Part shown: positions 44,232-56,417 of the stretch, in pieces
Layout of the letters: every line of letters starts with the position of its first letter
Position numbering within the stretch: position 1 is the stretch's first letter
NCBI RefSeq assembly: GCF_000281045.1
Contig: NW_008246082.1
Span: forward strand, 542,448-606,447
Length of the DNA stretch: 64,000 nucleotides
Direction: 5' to 3'
From: Saprolegnia diclina VS20
Lineage: Eukaryota
Translations under genes and position numbers: made by a program
The notes under the pieces: generated by a model
Told to the model about the DNA's origin: nothing
Databases searched by the model: none
What the model saw: the letters and a program-made list of their open reading frames with translations, nothing else

Positions 44232-47200
44232 ATGACGTGGGTTGCCTCTTTTAGCAGCGAAACCGTCTCGGCATTTGGCGCCACGATGGCGTCGGTCCAA
44301 GGGCGCTCCAAGGCGCTCTGGAAGAAGCTCTCGACGTCCATCAAGATGTCGCAGCTCGACGAGGTGCAGCAGCGCAAGTTCCAGCAAGCGCAGACCGAGT
44401 CGCTGGAAAAGGTCTCTCGCCGCAGCTTGCGTACTCGGGCCACCACCCAACTCCCGTCCTAGGCGGGCGCCGACGTCACTCTCAACGACAGTTCGAGTGG
44501 CGACGCCGACGACGCCGGCCATGAAATGTACTCCAAGGTGCAAACTCAAAACGTCATCTCGAGACCGACGAGTCTCTCGGGTCCATAGGACGCACTCGCG
44601 CTTCGGTACAGTCTGCGAAAAGACCGGCGGATCGACGACGTTGTGCGCCGGCTCTGGGCCCTTGAAGCCGACCGCGACGAGCTCGGGTGTCTCCGGAAAG
44701 AGGGGTACATGGCGTTCTACGTCTCGGTCGCCAAGTACCTCGACGCGGCTTTCGACGACTCGGCCGCGCTCGCCTCGGTGGCCGTACGTGCATCAACTTC
44801 GTCGTCGCCAAGCGACTTGGTGCTCATAGAGCGAGTGGGACAATGACCGCAAGGGCCAAGACACGATGAGCTACGCGCTCTTCTTTGAGAGCCTCTTCCA
44901 GCTCGTGGGTACGTCACACCGTGGTGGCACCAGGAGGATGCACTCGAATGCGCTAGACGTGTGGGTCGACAGTCTCGACGTCCGCGACTACATTGGCTTT
45001 CTCGAGCACATTGCGCTCAACATATTTTTGCCCGGCACCACGCACCTGCGCGACGTGCACGGTACGACATTGTCTAGCGTCAACTATACCAGTCGGACTC
45101 ATACGCGACGCAGACATCATCTTCATCAACGCGAGTGCGACGGACCGCACCAAGCTCGAGAAGCTACGCGCCAAGAAGGAGCTCGCCAAAGGCAAGGAGC
45201 TCGAGCGCAGCGCCAAGCGGGATCCCAGAAGCGCAGCCAAAGCCATTGCGACAACGTCCAAGACCGCGCCGCCGACATCGACCGTGACGACGGCCCAGGC
45301 CCACGCCATCGGAAAAATAGAGATAGCCCACAAGGCCGCGCCCAAGCGTGTGTCCCCGGCCAAGCGCGGGGTCCCGTCACATCCAAAATCTGCAGCAGCA
45401 CCGACCAAGGCAAGCAGCTATGTGCCGGCGCAAGCCGACGCGGTCGCGCGCAACGTGCATGCCCACAGCAACGAACTGGGTTTTGACGGCGACGATGTCT
45501 CTGGAAGTCTTGCCCCCGACAACGATCCACCGCGTGCGCTTCGTCTCGGCCCGACCTCGACCTCGGTGGCGACACCGAGCCCCGCGCATGGCAGTGACCC
45601 CAACTTGGTTGCTCAGTTTCTCGCGGCCGAGGCAAGCGACGTGCAGCCCAATCGCCCTTCGCAGCATGGTCTCTCGTCCCACAACGGCAAGTCAACCCAC
45701 GCTGCCGCCAACGGCCACGCATTTCGTGGTAGTGACAGCACCTTTGGTAGTCCCGCTAGCTCAACAGCTCCATCGCTCCATCCTCACGGAGGCGCGACTG
45801 CAGCAGCGACGCATGGCGCCAGCGCTGGTTCGAACGCAACTCCACGTGGCCATGGCGTTGCGACCGGTGGCCTGACGTCGGGTCACGCGACGACGTTTGC
45901 GACTGCCGCCCAAGGGGACGTCTTCTCTCCCGGGTCCTACGCGCAAGATGTGACGGCAGCGTCGTACGCAGGTCAAGATCATCACGCGACGAGCTCTCGG
46001 TTCGACAATGACGCAGCCTCCAGCCACGCGTCCGGCGTCGCCGGTAGCGGAAGCGGAGCGACTGCTACCAAGGTATCGGTGACCGCGGCCGCCTCGAGTA
46101 CGAATGCCGTTGGTCCCGCTCCTGGTACGACAATGGAGGCGGGCGACGATCCACTGCAGATGGGCGACGGGCGACGCAGCAACAAGACGCATCCGAGTGG
46201 AGGACAGCGCGCAAAGCTACACGCAAGCAGCAACCAGCAGCACCAACCAGGAGCAGGAGGCAGTCTCAGTCCCGCGAATCGCTCGCACGAAGGCCTTGAG
46301 GATGCGCGCCCAATGGCGCGGGGACTCGCAGGCAAACCCGTAGATCCGCTCAAGGCAGCGACGAGCGCAGTCCACCGGTCGCTCATGGCGTCGGCTTCCA
46401 ACAGCACGGTCGCGCTCTACGAGCCGCAGCACGACTTGTACGACGACGGCAGCCACCGGTGCGGAATGCTTCTCCTTGCGTCAAGGGACGGCAACATGGC
46501 GTAGGCGACCGCTCTCGACGTATGTGCTCGAGCCGCAAGGCTTTCATTTACGGCCAAGAACGAGCCCCGTCAAGCACGACACCGAGTTCATCGGCGTCTC
46601 GGTGACGCAGCGCCACGGCGTGTACGATGCGACGCCGCTCAAGCTCGAGTGGCAAGGGGAGAAGCCCGACATGGAGCAGCTCGAGTTTGCAGTGGTTGGC
46701 GGCCGCCTCGCTGTCTCTAAGCACCGGTGGCTGCCCGAAACCTGCGATCATCCGCACGGCGGCCATGACGACGATCGCGTCATTGACGTGAGCCATTTTG
46801 ACGCGACAGACGACGAGGCGTTGCTCGATGACGAGACGTCGACGTCCGGCCGGCGCATGGACGACATCAACGAGCTCCGAAATGAGTTTCAGCGGCGCCA
46901 ACTGCAGCCGATCTCGACCGAGAACCCACCACGCGTTCAAGTACCGACCTTTTCTACGCCAGGCGTCATCTTATGCCCCCGTCGTAGCCGCGCTTCGAGC
47001 CGCATCGCGACTTGATGCCCCTGCAAACGTCGCTAAGTCGACAGACCCTTCAAGTCCCCGCGATGGAGCGGGTATGCGTTTCCATCTTGCAACTTCTGTC
47101 TGATGGTCCATGTAGCGACAGCGCTTGCGCAATGTGAGCAGTCTCCCGGTGCTGCCCCGCCGCCAACGCACGCCTCCGTCCGTCCCACGCGGTGGCCCCG

Positions 47201-47343
47201 TGCTCGGCCTCGAGCTGGCCTCGCCGTCGGCGCGCCTTGGCCCCAACCGCATCGAGCTGCTCAAGAAGAAGCAGCGTGTGCTGAGTGCCCACCTCCAGTC
47301 GGCGCCGCTCAAAGATAGCTCGTGGCACGCCCCCGATACGTAG
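44232..47343 (+). CDS. Hypothetical protein with N-terminal EF-hand-like helical domain and long Ser/Ala/Gly-rich disordered region (multi-exon)
   Basis: Exons such as EGYMAFYVSVAKYLD and MSYALFFESLFQLV-DVWVD linked by short introns, plus a long exon within 44993-46504. Confidence 0.5.
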
Positions 47344-47370
47344 TCATCTTAATGCATTACATTATGATGC

Positions 47371-48269
47371 TCACAAGGCGCCTTCTTGGGTCACGTACGC
47401 CTCGATAATCGCGTGGTCTGCGATGCGCGGGATGTTCTCTAGAGCGCGTGTGAGCGTCATGACGCCATCGACGAGCTACTACTCGTATACTCGATCGTGT
47501 CGTAGTTGTCAAAGATGTCGTTCGTGAGCACAACAACGTCCTTCTTAGAGAGGACGGGGTCGCCAAAGTAGGACGCGACCGTCGAAATCGTCGTCAAGAG
47601 GAAGCGAAAGCCCTTGGCGTTGATCTCGCTACTTGGATCGGTATACGAGCCAAATGGAGTCTGTTGAGTGTACCCGGTGCTGTCTTCGTCGTACATTTCG
47701 AATGCCACTACATCGCACTAGGATAAGAACCTCGGAAGCCGCCGGACAGTCTACGCGCTATCTTGGACAAGAGATTGCCTAGGATCCACTGACTTGGACG
47801 ATCGCGACGTGCGCAGTCGCACCTTTGACGAGCGGCGCGACGCCGACGAGGAACTCGTGGTAGTTGATGACGTCGTCGCCTGTCTTGTCGAGCATCGTAA
47901 ACAGGCGGTCGAGGATCGCGCGGTCCGACTCCTACGCGTCCAAGGGCAGCGTCGTAGAAGAGCAAAGCTCACTAGTACAAAGAAGTTGACGTGGTCGAGG
48001 CCCGCGTTAAAGTCGGCGCGCGTTAAATTGGGCTCGACGCGGTCCTTCCTGGCCGCGTACGTGGAGAGCGGGACCAGTTTCTTGGTCTTGGGGCTCTTGG
48101 CCAAAACTGCATTTTCAAAGCACGTGCGGAGCTCGAGGAGGTCGTCGCGGTCGACTAAGCATAGCGACATCGTTACGAGGAGCGAGACAGGACGCAGCGT
48201 ACACTGCGTGATGTGGGAGACGGCGGCGATCGAGAGCCGATTCGCCTGCTTGGAGAGGTCGTGGCCCAT
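47371..48269 (-). CDS. Myristoylated EF-hand calcium sensor (calcineurin B/CBL/NCS-like; multi-exon)
   Basis: MGHDLSK fits the N-myristoylation motif MGxxxSK. EF-hands RLFTMLDKTGDDVINYHEF and AFEMYDEDSTG.EI. Confidence 0.8.
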
Positions 48270-48321
48270 CGCGACGCTTCGGTGGTGTAACGCAGATTGC
48301 AGTTGAAAAACCACATTTGCT

Positions 48322-51300
48322 ATGTCGTCGATGGACGCGGACGGAGCGGTTTGCCACGAGGCCCAGCATCCCGTCCATGGTCCCGAGACCAAGCCGGCGC
48401 GGGCGTCGCGCCCGTGGTGGCTCTTTGGGTCGGCGCCCGCGGCCCGCGAGTGGGACCCGACGCTCGACGTGTTCAACAGCGCACCCAGCATCGCGATCAA
48501 GGGCGCCCGCGTCGAGGACGACTGGCCCGTCAAGACGATCGAGTTTGACGTGCAGGTCTGCCTCTGTCATTGTACAAGTTGTCTGATATGTAGTCTAGTT
48601 GGTCTACAAGGACACGACGTGGGAGACGTCGATCTCCAAGAGCAACATCTACCGCATCTGGTTTTACATCAAGAGCCACGGCCTCATGAGCGCGATGGCC
48701 AACGTCGGGTCGCCCGAGTCGCCGCCGCCAACGTCGCCGCGCCCAATCTCGCCCAAGCCACCGGCGTCGCCGTCGAAAGCCAACTCGGGCATGTTTGACA
48801 TGCCGCAGCTCCGGTACTTCTTCTTTGCGACGCACGAGCGCTCGACGCGCGATGAGATGCTGCGGCTGATCGAAGCCTACCTCAACACGGCGTTCGCGAT
48901 TCCCAAGGTGCGCGCGTCGGCGTACGTGCTCTCGCTCTTCCAGATCAGCGCCGGCACGTTCGATGCGGACGGCCGCGTCACGTCGCAGCGCGAGGGCTGG
49001 CTCAAGGTCAAGACTTGGCTCAAGGGCAACCAAGGTACATGAGATTCCCTTGGCCTCGCCACACGACCGATTTCAGAGAACGTGCGCGTCTACCGCGGCG
49101 CCGTGGCGTGCGACAACTGCTGCTTCAACTGCCTCTGCGTGTGCAAGAAGGTGGCGTACCAGACGACGCACTGGAAGTGGGTCGCGCTCAAGCCGTGCTG
49201 CCTCGCGATCTACGCCTCGAACCGCGTACGTCCAGCAGCATTTCTGTCTCTGCACAATCGTTCTTGCAGGACAAGGCGCCCAAGGAAGTGCTGCTCTTCG
49301 ACGCCAAATTCAAGGTCGAGCGCGGCGTGCGGTTTGTCGGGTCGCACAAGGCGCTCGTGATCTCGAATGCGTCGTTCGTGCTGCACGTCGAGGCGCGGCA
49401 CCGCGACGACGCGCTCAAGTGGGCGAATGCGATTCGCCGCACGATGGAGGCGAGCGAGTGGTCCCAGAACCACCGCGACGAGTCGTTCGCGATCCCGCGC
49501 CCCATGAAGTCGTCTCGCGCGCAGTGGTATCATCTACGATCTTGACTTCTTGTCATATGTCGTCTCATGTCGATGACCGAGTAGGTACGTCGACGGCCAC
49601 GACGCGTACGCGGCGATCTACGATGGCCTTTTGCGTGCGACCAAGGAGATCTTTATCGCGGGGTGGTGGATCTGCCCCAACACGTACCTCAAGCGGCCGT
49701 CGACGGCGTTTCCGGACGCGCGCCTCGACCTTGTCCTGAAGCGCAAAGCCGACGAAGGCGTCCAGGTCGACGATTGCGATTGGGATGAAGAGAGAGGGAT
49801 TGTCTAATGGGCTGTAGATTTACGTGCTCATGTACAAGGAAGTCAGCGTCGCGTTGACGCTCGACAGCATGTACTCGAAGAAGACGCTGCGGAGTCTGCA
49901 CCACACCAACATCCGCGTCTTGCGCGACCCGGACTTTATCATGAAGCAGTGGGGCATGTGGTCGCACCATGAGAAAATCGTGTGCATCGACCAGCGCGTC
50001 GCGTTTGTCGGCGGCCTCGACCTCTGCTTTGGCCGCTACGATACGCCTGAGCATGCCCTCTTTGACGACGCGGGCGCGACGTTCCCGGGTATGACATGAT
50101 CATGGATTCTGGGCGGGACGTAAATTTGTGCAGGCAAGGACTACAGCAACCCGCGCATCAAGGACTTTGTGCAGGTGAACGAGCCGAACGTCGACCTCAT
50201 GGACCGCCACGCGCACCCACGCATGCCGTGGCACGACTGCCACTGCCAGTAGATGCCATTGCGTTTCTTATTGCCTCCGACTAAGATAGATTTGTAGGCT
50301 TGTCGGAGACCCGGCGCGGGACATAGGCCGTCACTTTATCCAGCGCTGGAACTTTTCGGTGAGCACGCGCGTCAAAGGCCACAAGTTTGAGCACATTTTG
50401 CCGCAAACGGCGCCGCCACCGCCGCCACCAAGCACCGCGCACCCGACGCCTCCGCGCCGCCTGCTCAACCGAGGCTTTAGCCGGCTTGTCGACGTGACGG
50501 ATGAGGACATTGAAGCCGACAACAGTCATGCAGCGCCCGTCATCGCATCGGTCCTCGAGGACGCATCGTCGATCGACGTAGCGTCGCCTGGGTCGGACGA
50601 AGCCGGCATCCCTTGTGCGGTCCAAGTCGTCCGGAGCATCTCGCTCTGGTCGGGGGGCTGTCCCACAGAGAAGAGCATCCAGAATGCATACATCCGCCTC
50701 ATTACGTCGGCGACGAGCTTCATATACATCGAGGTTTGGTTGCTCTCTACTAACTATTGCTCACAGCGAATCGGCGTAGAATCAGTTCTTTGTGTCGGGC
50801 ATCGAAGGCGACACGCTCTGCCAGAACCGAATCGCGAATGCGCTCGTCGCCCGCATCTTGCGCGCGGCGGCCGCGAACGAGCCGTTCCGCGTCATGGTGG
50901 TGATGCCGCTTCTGCCTGCGTTTCAAGGCAAGCCCGAAGACAAGCAAGCGTACAGCTTGCGCGGTGTCATGCACTGGCAGGTAGCCATCGACGCTATAGT
51001 TTCTCGTATCGCCGACACAACGGCTTCTAGTATCGCAGCATTTGCCGCGGCGAAGGCTCGATCTACCGCCGGCTCAAGAAGGAGATTGACGATCCATTCG
51101 AGTACATTGCGTTCTACGGGCTGCGCACGCACGCGATCCAAGACGGGACGCCCGTGACGGAGGAAGTCTACGTGCACTCGAAAATCATGATTGTCGACGA
51201 CCGCGCGTGCATCATTGGCAGGTAACACGCGCCGACTGCCCTCGGATGACGACGGCTTTGCATAGCGCCAACATCAACGAGCGGAGCATGAACGGCGACC

Positions 51301-52223
51301 GCGACTCGGAGATCGCGGTCGTCATCGAAGACGCCGAATTCCTGCCGTCCGTGACGCTAGGTACATATATATCATCGATCCTGTGGTTTGTCACATTGCC
51401 GTTTCCCAACTTCAACCTGCGGACAGGCGCGGGCGCGTCCGTTGGGCGCTTTGGCCACTCGTTCCGCATGAAGCTCTTCGAAGAGCACTTTGGCGTCGCG
51501 CGCGGGTCGTCGCTCTACGAGCGGTACCGCGACCCCGTGCCTGCGGCCACGTGGTTTGCGTTCCAGGACCAAGCGATGAAGAACGCGCTGCACTACAAGT
51601 CGGTCTTTGGCTGCCTCCCCGCCGACGACGTCCGGTGCTTCTCCGACATGGGCGTCAAATACGTACGTTTTGCCTCGAAGCAACGCCGCTAAGCATCGCG
51701 CAGGACCTTGACAAGAAGGAGCGCGTCGGGACGTTCCGCAAGGTGCCCGAGCTCCATGCGACGAGCCAGGACGCCGACGTCGTACGGTGCTATGCCGCAA
51801 TGTGGCGTCTCGAGACACGCCTGTGTAGGACGCCGCCGAGCACGTGCGTCCGCCGACGCTTCCCGAAGAGGAGCCGACGACAGCGGTACGTGCGGCTTGG
51901 TCGTTGCAGCGACTGATGTTGGGTGCACGATATGGGTGTAGCCGCCAGCCGCGCCCTTTCACGCTGCGTCCACGTCGGGCATCCAAACGAGCGTCGCGCT
52001 CCCGGACGAGACGCTTCCGCGGTCCGTCTCGCACCGCGAGAAGGAGTCGAACGGCCAAGTGTTCACGTTTGCCATGACTGCGATGCGCTGCCACACGACC
52101 GTGAGCGTCCAGCGCCAGGCCGAGCTCGGCGGCGTGCGCGGGCATATCGTGTACTTTCCGCTGCGGTTCCTCGAGGCCGAAGACCTCGAGCCCAAGTATT
52201 ACCCGGCCGAGCTCTTTCAGTAG
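48322..52223 (+). CDS. PLD: Phospholipase D, PX-PH type (PLD1/zeta-like; many exons)
   Basis: Two HKD motifs: HHEKIVCIDQRVAFVGGLDLCFGRYD and YVHSKIMIVDD...SANINERSMNGDRDSE. Also PRMPWHD, FIYIE-NQFF and a PH region REGWLKV. Stop TAG at 52221-52223. Confidence 0.93.
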
Positions 52224-52845
52224 ATGTCGAGTGAGTGCCGACTTGAAGTTGCTTATTCTTATTGCGCAATTGCAAGCATGTGCAATGGCGACGCAGAGAT
52301 GTGGCAGGAGGGACGTCCTCGTCGTCCTTTCCTACGTCATCAAGAGGCGCGCCCCTCGTCTGCGTAATACATAATTGGTCCACCCCCACATTGGCGCGCG
52401 CAAGAAACCAAATGTGACGTCGGCGCGTCATCGCACGCGAATCTCGACAGGCTAGTCGCACGCCACCTTGCACCACGTGGCGATGCAGACGCACCTTTAG
52501 CCGCACGCCACGCACGAGGTGCAAACCGCATCTAGGGTATAAACGCTAGCAGACAAACGACAGGTATCGAGACGCGCACAAAGAGCCGCTCGTATCGCGC
52601 TCAAGAGGCCAGCGCATGCGGCCAAGTTGCGTCGGATTAATGTATGACCAGAGCAGGATAACGGTTTTGCGTTAAACCCACTTTAACCGCTTGACCGAGC
52701 CCGCTCATTGGGCGACCGGGTGCTAAAAGGCGCCAGAAGACACTGGGCTTGTCTCTTATAACTACACTTGGTTTTTGTATGTGGACGACTGATCCCCGTA
52801 ACAAGCCGTCGGGAACCCTAGTCGCGGCGGTTGTTCAACCATATT

Positions 52846-53125
52846 GGGCCAATCAAAAGCGACGTACCCGGAACATGGCAGCGTGTGATTGGCTGAAGAC
52901 TTGAATTAGGATTTCAGCCAATCCGAAGGCGCGTTTAGAATGACTACAACGGGGGCCTTTATATTTTTGTGCCCCGTCACGTGTCGTTTGACTTGGAATT
53001 TGTATGCGGAGGGGGCGCGGCATTATTTAATTATATAAAACAGCACCGACGCGCGATCTTTGCGTTGCCTACGGTACTCCCACGCGAGGATAAGATTTTA
53101 GTTTTGAGATTCATTTTCGAATTGG
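52846..53125 (+). promoter_or_regulatory. GDH upstream region: three CCAAT boxes, a TATA-like element and an Inr-like element
   Basis: GGCCAATCA near 52847, TGATTGGCTG near 52886, CAGCCAATC near 52915, TATATAAAA near 53032, TCATTTTCGAATT near 53111. Confidence 0.55.
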
Positions 53126-53153
53126 CCTCCGCCTCCACCAGCACCTCAGCAGC

Positions 53154-56100
53154 ATGGACCTCCAGACGCGCCGCAGCACCTCGATGGAGCATGGCATCTA
53201 CCGCTCCAAGGACGTCGAGGCGCAGATGACCCAAGTGCTGGCGATCCTGTCCAAGGACACGCTCTTCAACGCGGCGTCGCTCCAGGCCGAGGTCGAGTGG
53301 TTCTACGGCCCGCTCGGCCTCCATGAGTTCTACTTCCTTGGCCACTCGCCGGAGGTGATTGCGTCGCACATCAAGTCGCTCCTCGCGGCCAAGATCCTCA
53401 CCAAGACGTCTGGCCAGGACCAAGAGTTCAAGCTCGTGCAGGAGAACGCCAAGTCGGCCTTCTTTGCCACGCGCTCGAACGTGCAGGGTGACGAGACGCG
53501 CACGACGCGCACGATGAACTCGAACGAGGTCGCCAACCTCGAGCGCTTCATCGAGAAGGAGTACCTCAACTCGTCGACCGAGTGCATCGGCGACGGTGTC
53601 AAGACGGGCTACCAGCACCTCGAGCAGACGGAGGCCGCCAAGATCCGCCAGTACCGCCTCCAGTGCTACCGCTCGGCCGGTGTGCTTGATGCCAAGCTCG
53701 TGCCGTCGCACATGCGCCTCTACTTCCTCCAGGAACCCGACTTTGTCGTGCCCAACCCGGTCGAAGGCGAGACGGACATCAACAAGATCGCGGACAAGAG
53801 CTTCCTCGAGCGCTCGGGCCCCAACCTCAAGAAGGTCTACCAGGAAGTCCTCAAGACGGCCGCGAGCCAGATGACGCCGGCGTTCCACACCGAAGTGTGG
53901 CTCGAGCCCGACAACACCAAGATGGCGCGCCTCACGGTCTGCTTCAAGGCCGGCTCGACGCACAGCTACTTCTCGTCGCTCGCCGATGTCTACCGTGGCC
54001 ACGGCCTCTTCTCGTCGCGCAAGTACGCCGAGTACTTCTCGAACGGCTACGTCGTGTACGGCTTTTACCTCCAGCAGCTCGAGTGCAACGCCAAGGGCTC
54101 CGGCACCTTTGAGGAGCGCGTCGCGGCCTGCTTGTCGGACGCGTCGCTCCACTACGTGCTCCCGCGCACGTCGCTCTCGCCGATGCTCCGCGACCACCTT
54201 TTGACGCCGCAGCAGATCTCGTACGCGTACGCCGCGTGGAAGTTCACGTTCCACTTCCTCCAGCGTCTCCCGGAGGCGTACTCGGTCGTCTCGGACTCGC
54301 TCCGTGACCGCGACTCGGTCGCGTTCGCGCGCCTCGAGCAGCTCCGCTCGGCGATGAAGCAGAACACGTTCACGGAAGCCCAGATCCTCGACCACATCCT
54401 CGCGTCGCCGGCGCTCGTCAAGACCTTGTACGAAGAGTTCGAGGCGCTCCACTCGCCGTCGAGCAAGAACCGCAACCGCACGCGCGCCGATACGCTCTCG
54501 GCGCTGCGCAAGGCCGTCTCGTCCGAGCAGGCGCTCACGGTCTTCTCGCAGTTTGTGGCCTTCAACCACCACGTGCAGCACACCAACTTCTTCCGCAAGC
54601 AGAAGTCGGCGCTCGCGTTCCGCCTCGACGGCGAGTTCCTCCCGTCCACCGAGTACCGTGAGAAGCCGTTTGCGGTCATCTTTGTCATCGGCTCCGAGTT
54701 CCGCGGCTTCCACACGCGCTTCCTCGACATTGCGCGCGGCGGTATCCGCATGATCCGCTCGTCGCACGCGCAGGTGTACCTCAACAACGTCTCGTCGTGC
54801 TTTGACGAAGGCTACGGCCTCGCCTCGACGCAGCAGCGCAAGAACAAGGACATCCCGGAAGGCGGCTCGAAGGGCGTCGTGCTCCTCAACCTCGCGCACC
54901 AGGACAAGGCCGACCTCGCGTTCAAAAAGTACATTGACGCGCTCCTCGACATTATGCTCCCGGAGAACGACGGCATCGTGCGCGCCCAGGAAGACATTCT
55001 CTTCCTTGGGCCGGATGAGGGCACGGCCCACCTCATGGACTGGGCGTCGTCGTACGCCAAGTCGCGCGGCTACTCGTACTGGAAGGCCATCACGACGGGC
55101 AAGTCGCCGTCGCGCGGTGGTATTCCCCACGACGAGTACGGCATGACGACGCACTCGGTGCGCCAGTTTGTCACGGGCATCCAAGCCAAGCTCAACCTCA
55201 AGGCGCCGGGAGCCAAGCGCCTCACCAAGGTGCAGACCGGCGGCCCGGACGGTGATCTCGGCTCGAACGAAATCTTGATGAGCGAGGGCGAAGACACGAT
55301 CGCGGTCGTCGACGGCTCCGGTGTGCTCTACGACCCGAACGGTATCAACCGCGCCGAGCTTGTCCGCCTCGCCAAGGCCCGGTCGCCGGTCGAGGGCTTC
55401 AACAAGGCGCTCCTCTCCAAGGACGGGTACCTTGTCCTTATCTCGCAGAACGACTTCAAGCTCCCGTCGGGCGAGGTCGTCGAGAACGGCACGCAGTTCC
55501 GCAACAACTTCCACAACCGGTCGGACGTGACGGCCGACTTCTTCGTCCCCTGCGGCGGTCGCCCGGCGGCGGTTAACCTCAGCAACGTGACCAACTTCAT
55601 GTACCAAGCCGATGGCAAGACGCTCCGCTTCAAGTACATTGTCGAAGGCGCCAACCTCTTCTTCACGCAGGACGCGCGCCTCGTGCTCGAGAAGGCCGGT
55701 GTCGTCCTCTTCAAGGACGCGTCGGCCAACAAGGGCGGTGTCACCTCGTCGTCGCTTGAGGTCATGGCCGCGCTCTCGATGACTGACGCCGAGTTTGGCG
55801 AGCACATGGCCGTCCAGGCCGGCAAGCCCAAGCCCGCGTTCTACCAGGCGTACGTCGCCGAAGTCCAGACGCGCATCGACAACAACGCGACCAAGGAGTT
55901 CGAATGCCTCTGGCGCGAGCACCAGCGCACGCCGACGCCGTATGCGATTCTGACCAACTTGCTCTCGGAGCGCATCACGGACCTCAGCGTCACGATCCAG
56001 GACTCGTCGCTCTACGAACAAAAGGCGCTGCGCGACGTGATCCTCAAGGACGGCTTCCCCAAGACGCTCCAGGCCAAGATCGCGTACGACGAGCTCCTCA

Positions 56101-56228
56101 AGCGCCTCCCCGAGTCGTACCTCCGCGCGCTCTTTGCGTCGCAGCTTGCGAGCCGCTTCGTCTACTCGTGCGGCCTCAACTGCCCCGAGTTTGCCTTCTA
56201 CGAGTTCGTCCAGACGCTCAACCACTAA
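53154..56228 (+). CDS. GDH2: NAD-specific glutamate dehydrogenase (large fungal/protist GDH2 type), 1024 aa, single exon
   Basis: FRGFHTRFLDIARGGIR, QQRKNKDIPEGGSKG, LGPDEGTA, GGPDGDLGSNEI, VEGANLFFTQ and DASANKGGVTSSSLEV. Confidence 0.96.
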   Translation: MDLQTRRSTSMEHGIYRSKDVEAQMTQVLAILSKDTLFNAASLQAEVEWFYGPLGLHEFYFLGHSPEVIASHIKSLLAAKILTKTSGQDQEFKLVQENAKSAFFATRSNVQGDETRTTRTMNSNEVANLERFIEKEYLNSSTECIGDGVKTGYQHLEQTEAAKIRQYRLQCYRSAGVLDAKLVPSHMRLYFLQEPDFVVPNPVEGETDINKIADKSFLERSGPNLKKVYQEVLKTAASQMTPAFHTEVWLEPDNTKMARLTVCFKAGSTHSYFSSLADVYRGHGLFSSRKYAEYFSNGYVVYGFYLQQLECNAKGSGTFEERVAACLSDASLHYVLPRTSLSPMLRDHLLTPQQISYAYAAWKFTFHFLQRLPEAYSVVSDSLRDRDSVAFARLEQLRSAMKQNTFTEAQILDHILASPALVKTLYEEFEALHSPSSKNRNRTRADTLSALRKAVSSEQALTVFSQFVAFNHHVQHTNFFRKQKSALAFRLDGEFLPSTEYREKPFAVIFVIGSEFRGFHTRFLDIARGGIRMIRSSHAQVYLNNVSSCFDEGYGLASTQQRKNKDIPEGGSKGVVLLNLAHQDKADLAFKKYIDALLDIMLPENDGIVRAQEDILFLGPDEGTAHLMDWASSYAKSRGYSYWKAITTGKSPSRGGIPHDEYGMTTHSVRQFVTGIQAKLNLKAPGAKRLTKVQTGGPDGDLGSNEILMSEGEDTIAVVDGSGVLYDPNGINRAELVRLAKARSPVEGFNKALLSKDGYLVLISQNDFKLPSGEVVENGTQFRNNFHNRSDVTADFFVPCGGRPAAVNLSNVTNFMYQADGKTLRFKYIVEGANLFFTQDARLVLEKAGVVLFKDASANKGGVTSSSLEVMAALSMTDAEFGEHMAVQAGKPKPAFYQAYVAEVQTRIDNNATKEFECLWREHQRTPTPYAILTNLLSERITDLSVTIQDSSLYEQKALRDVILKDGFPKTLQAKIAYDELLKRLPESYLRALFASQLASRFVYSCGLNCPEFAFYEFVQTLNH

Positions 56229-56417
56229 GTCTCCTTGCCGTAATTCATATGCTTCTTGTTTCGATCTCCGTCTCCACCGCGGAACCCTACACCTGGAAGA
56301 CCCTACGTCTGTAGACCACAACGGCCTGTCTCGTGCAGCTGGTCGGCTTGGGTTGCTAGATCATTGGCGTCGGTAGCTCCACGCGCCGTCCTTGTAGCTA
56401 CTGTATGAGGCTGCGAG

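Noticed and set aside
52224..52840. Possible ncRNA in the long PLD-GDH intergenic region
   Set aside because: No tRNA, snRNA or snoRNA signature was recognisable by eye. An Infernal/Rfam scan would be needed.
53031..56321. 1096-aa antisense ORF over GDH2
   Set aside because: It is in codon register with the sense gene. Avoidance of TTA/CTA/TCA codons in a strongly biased gene removes antisense stops. The translation has no recognisable motif.
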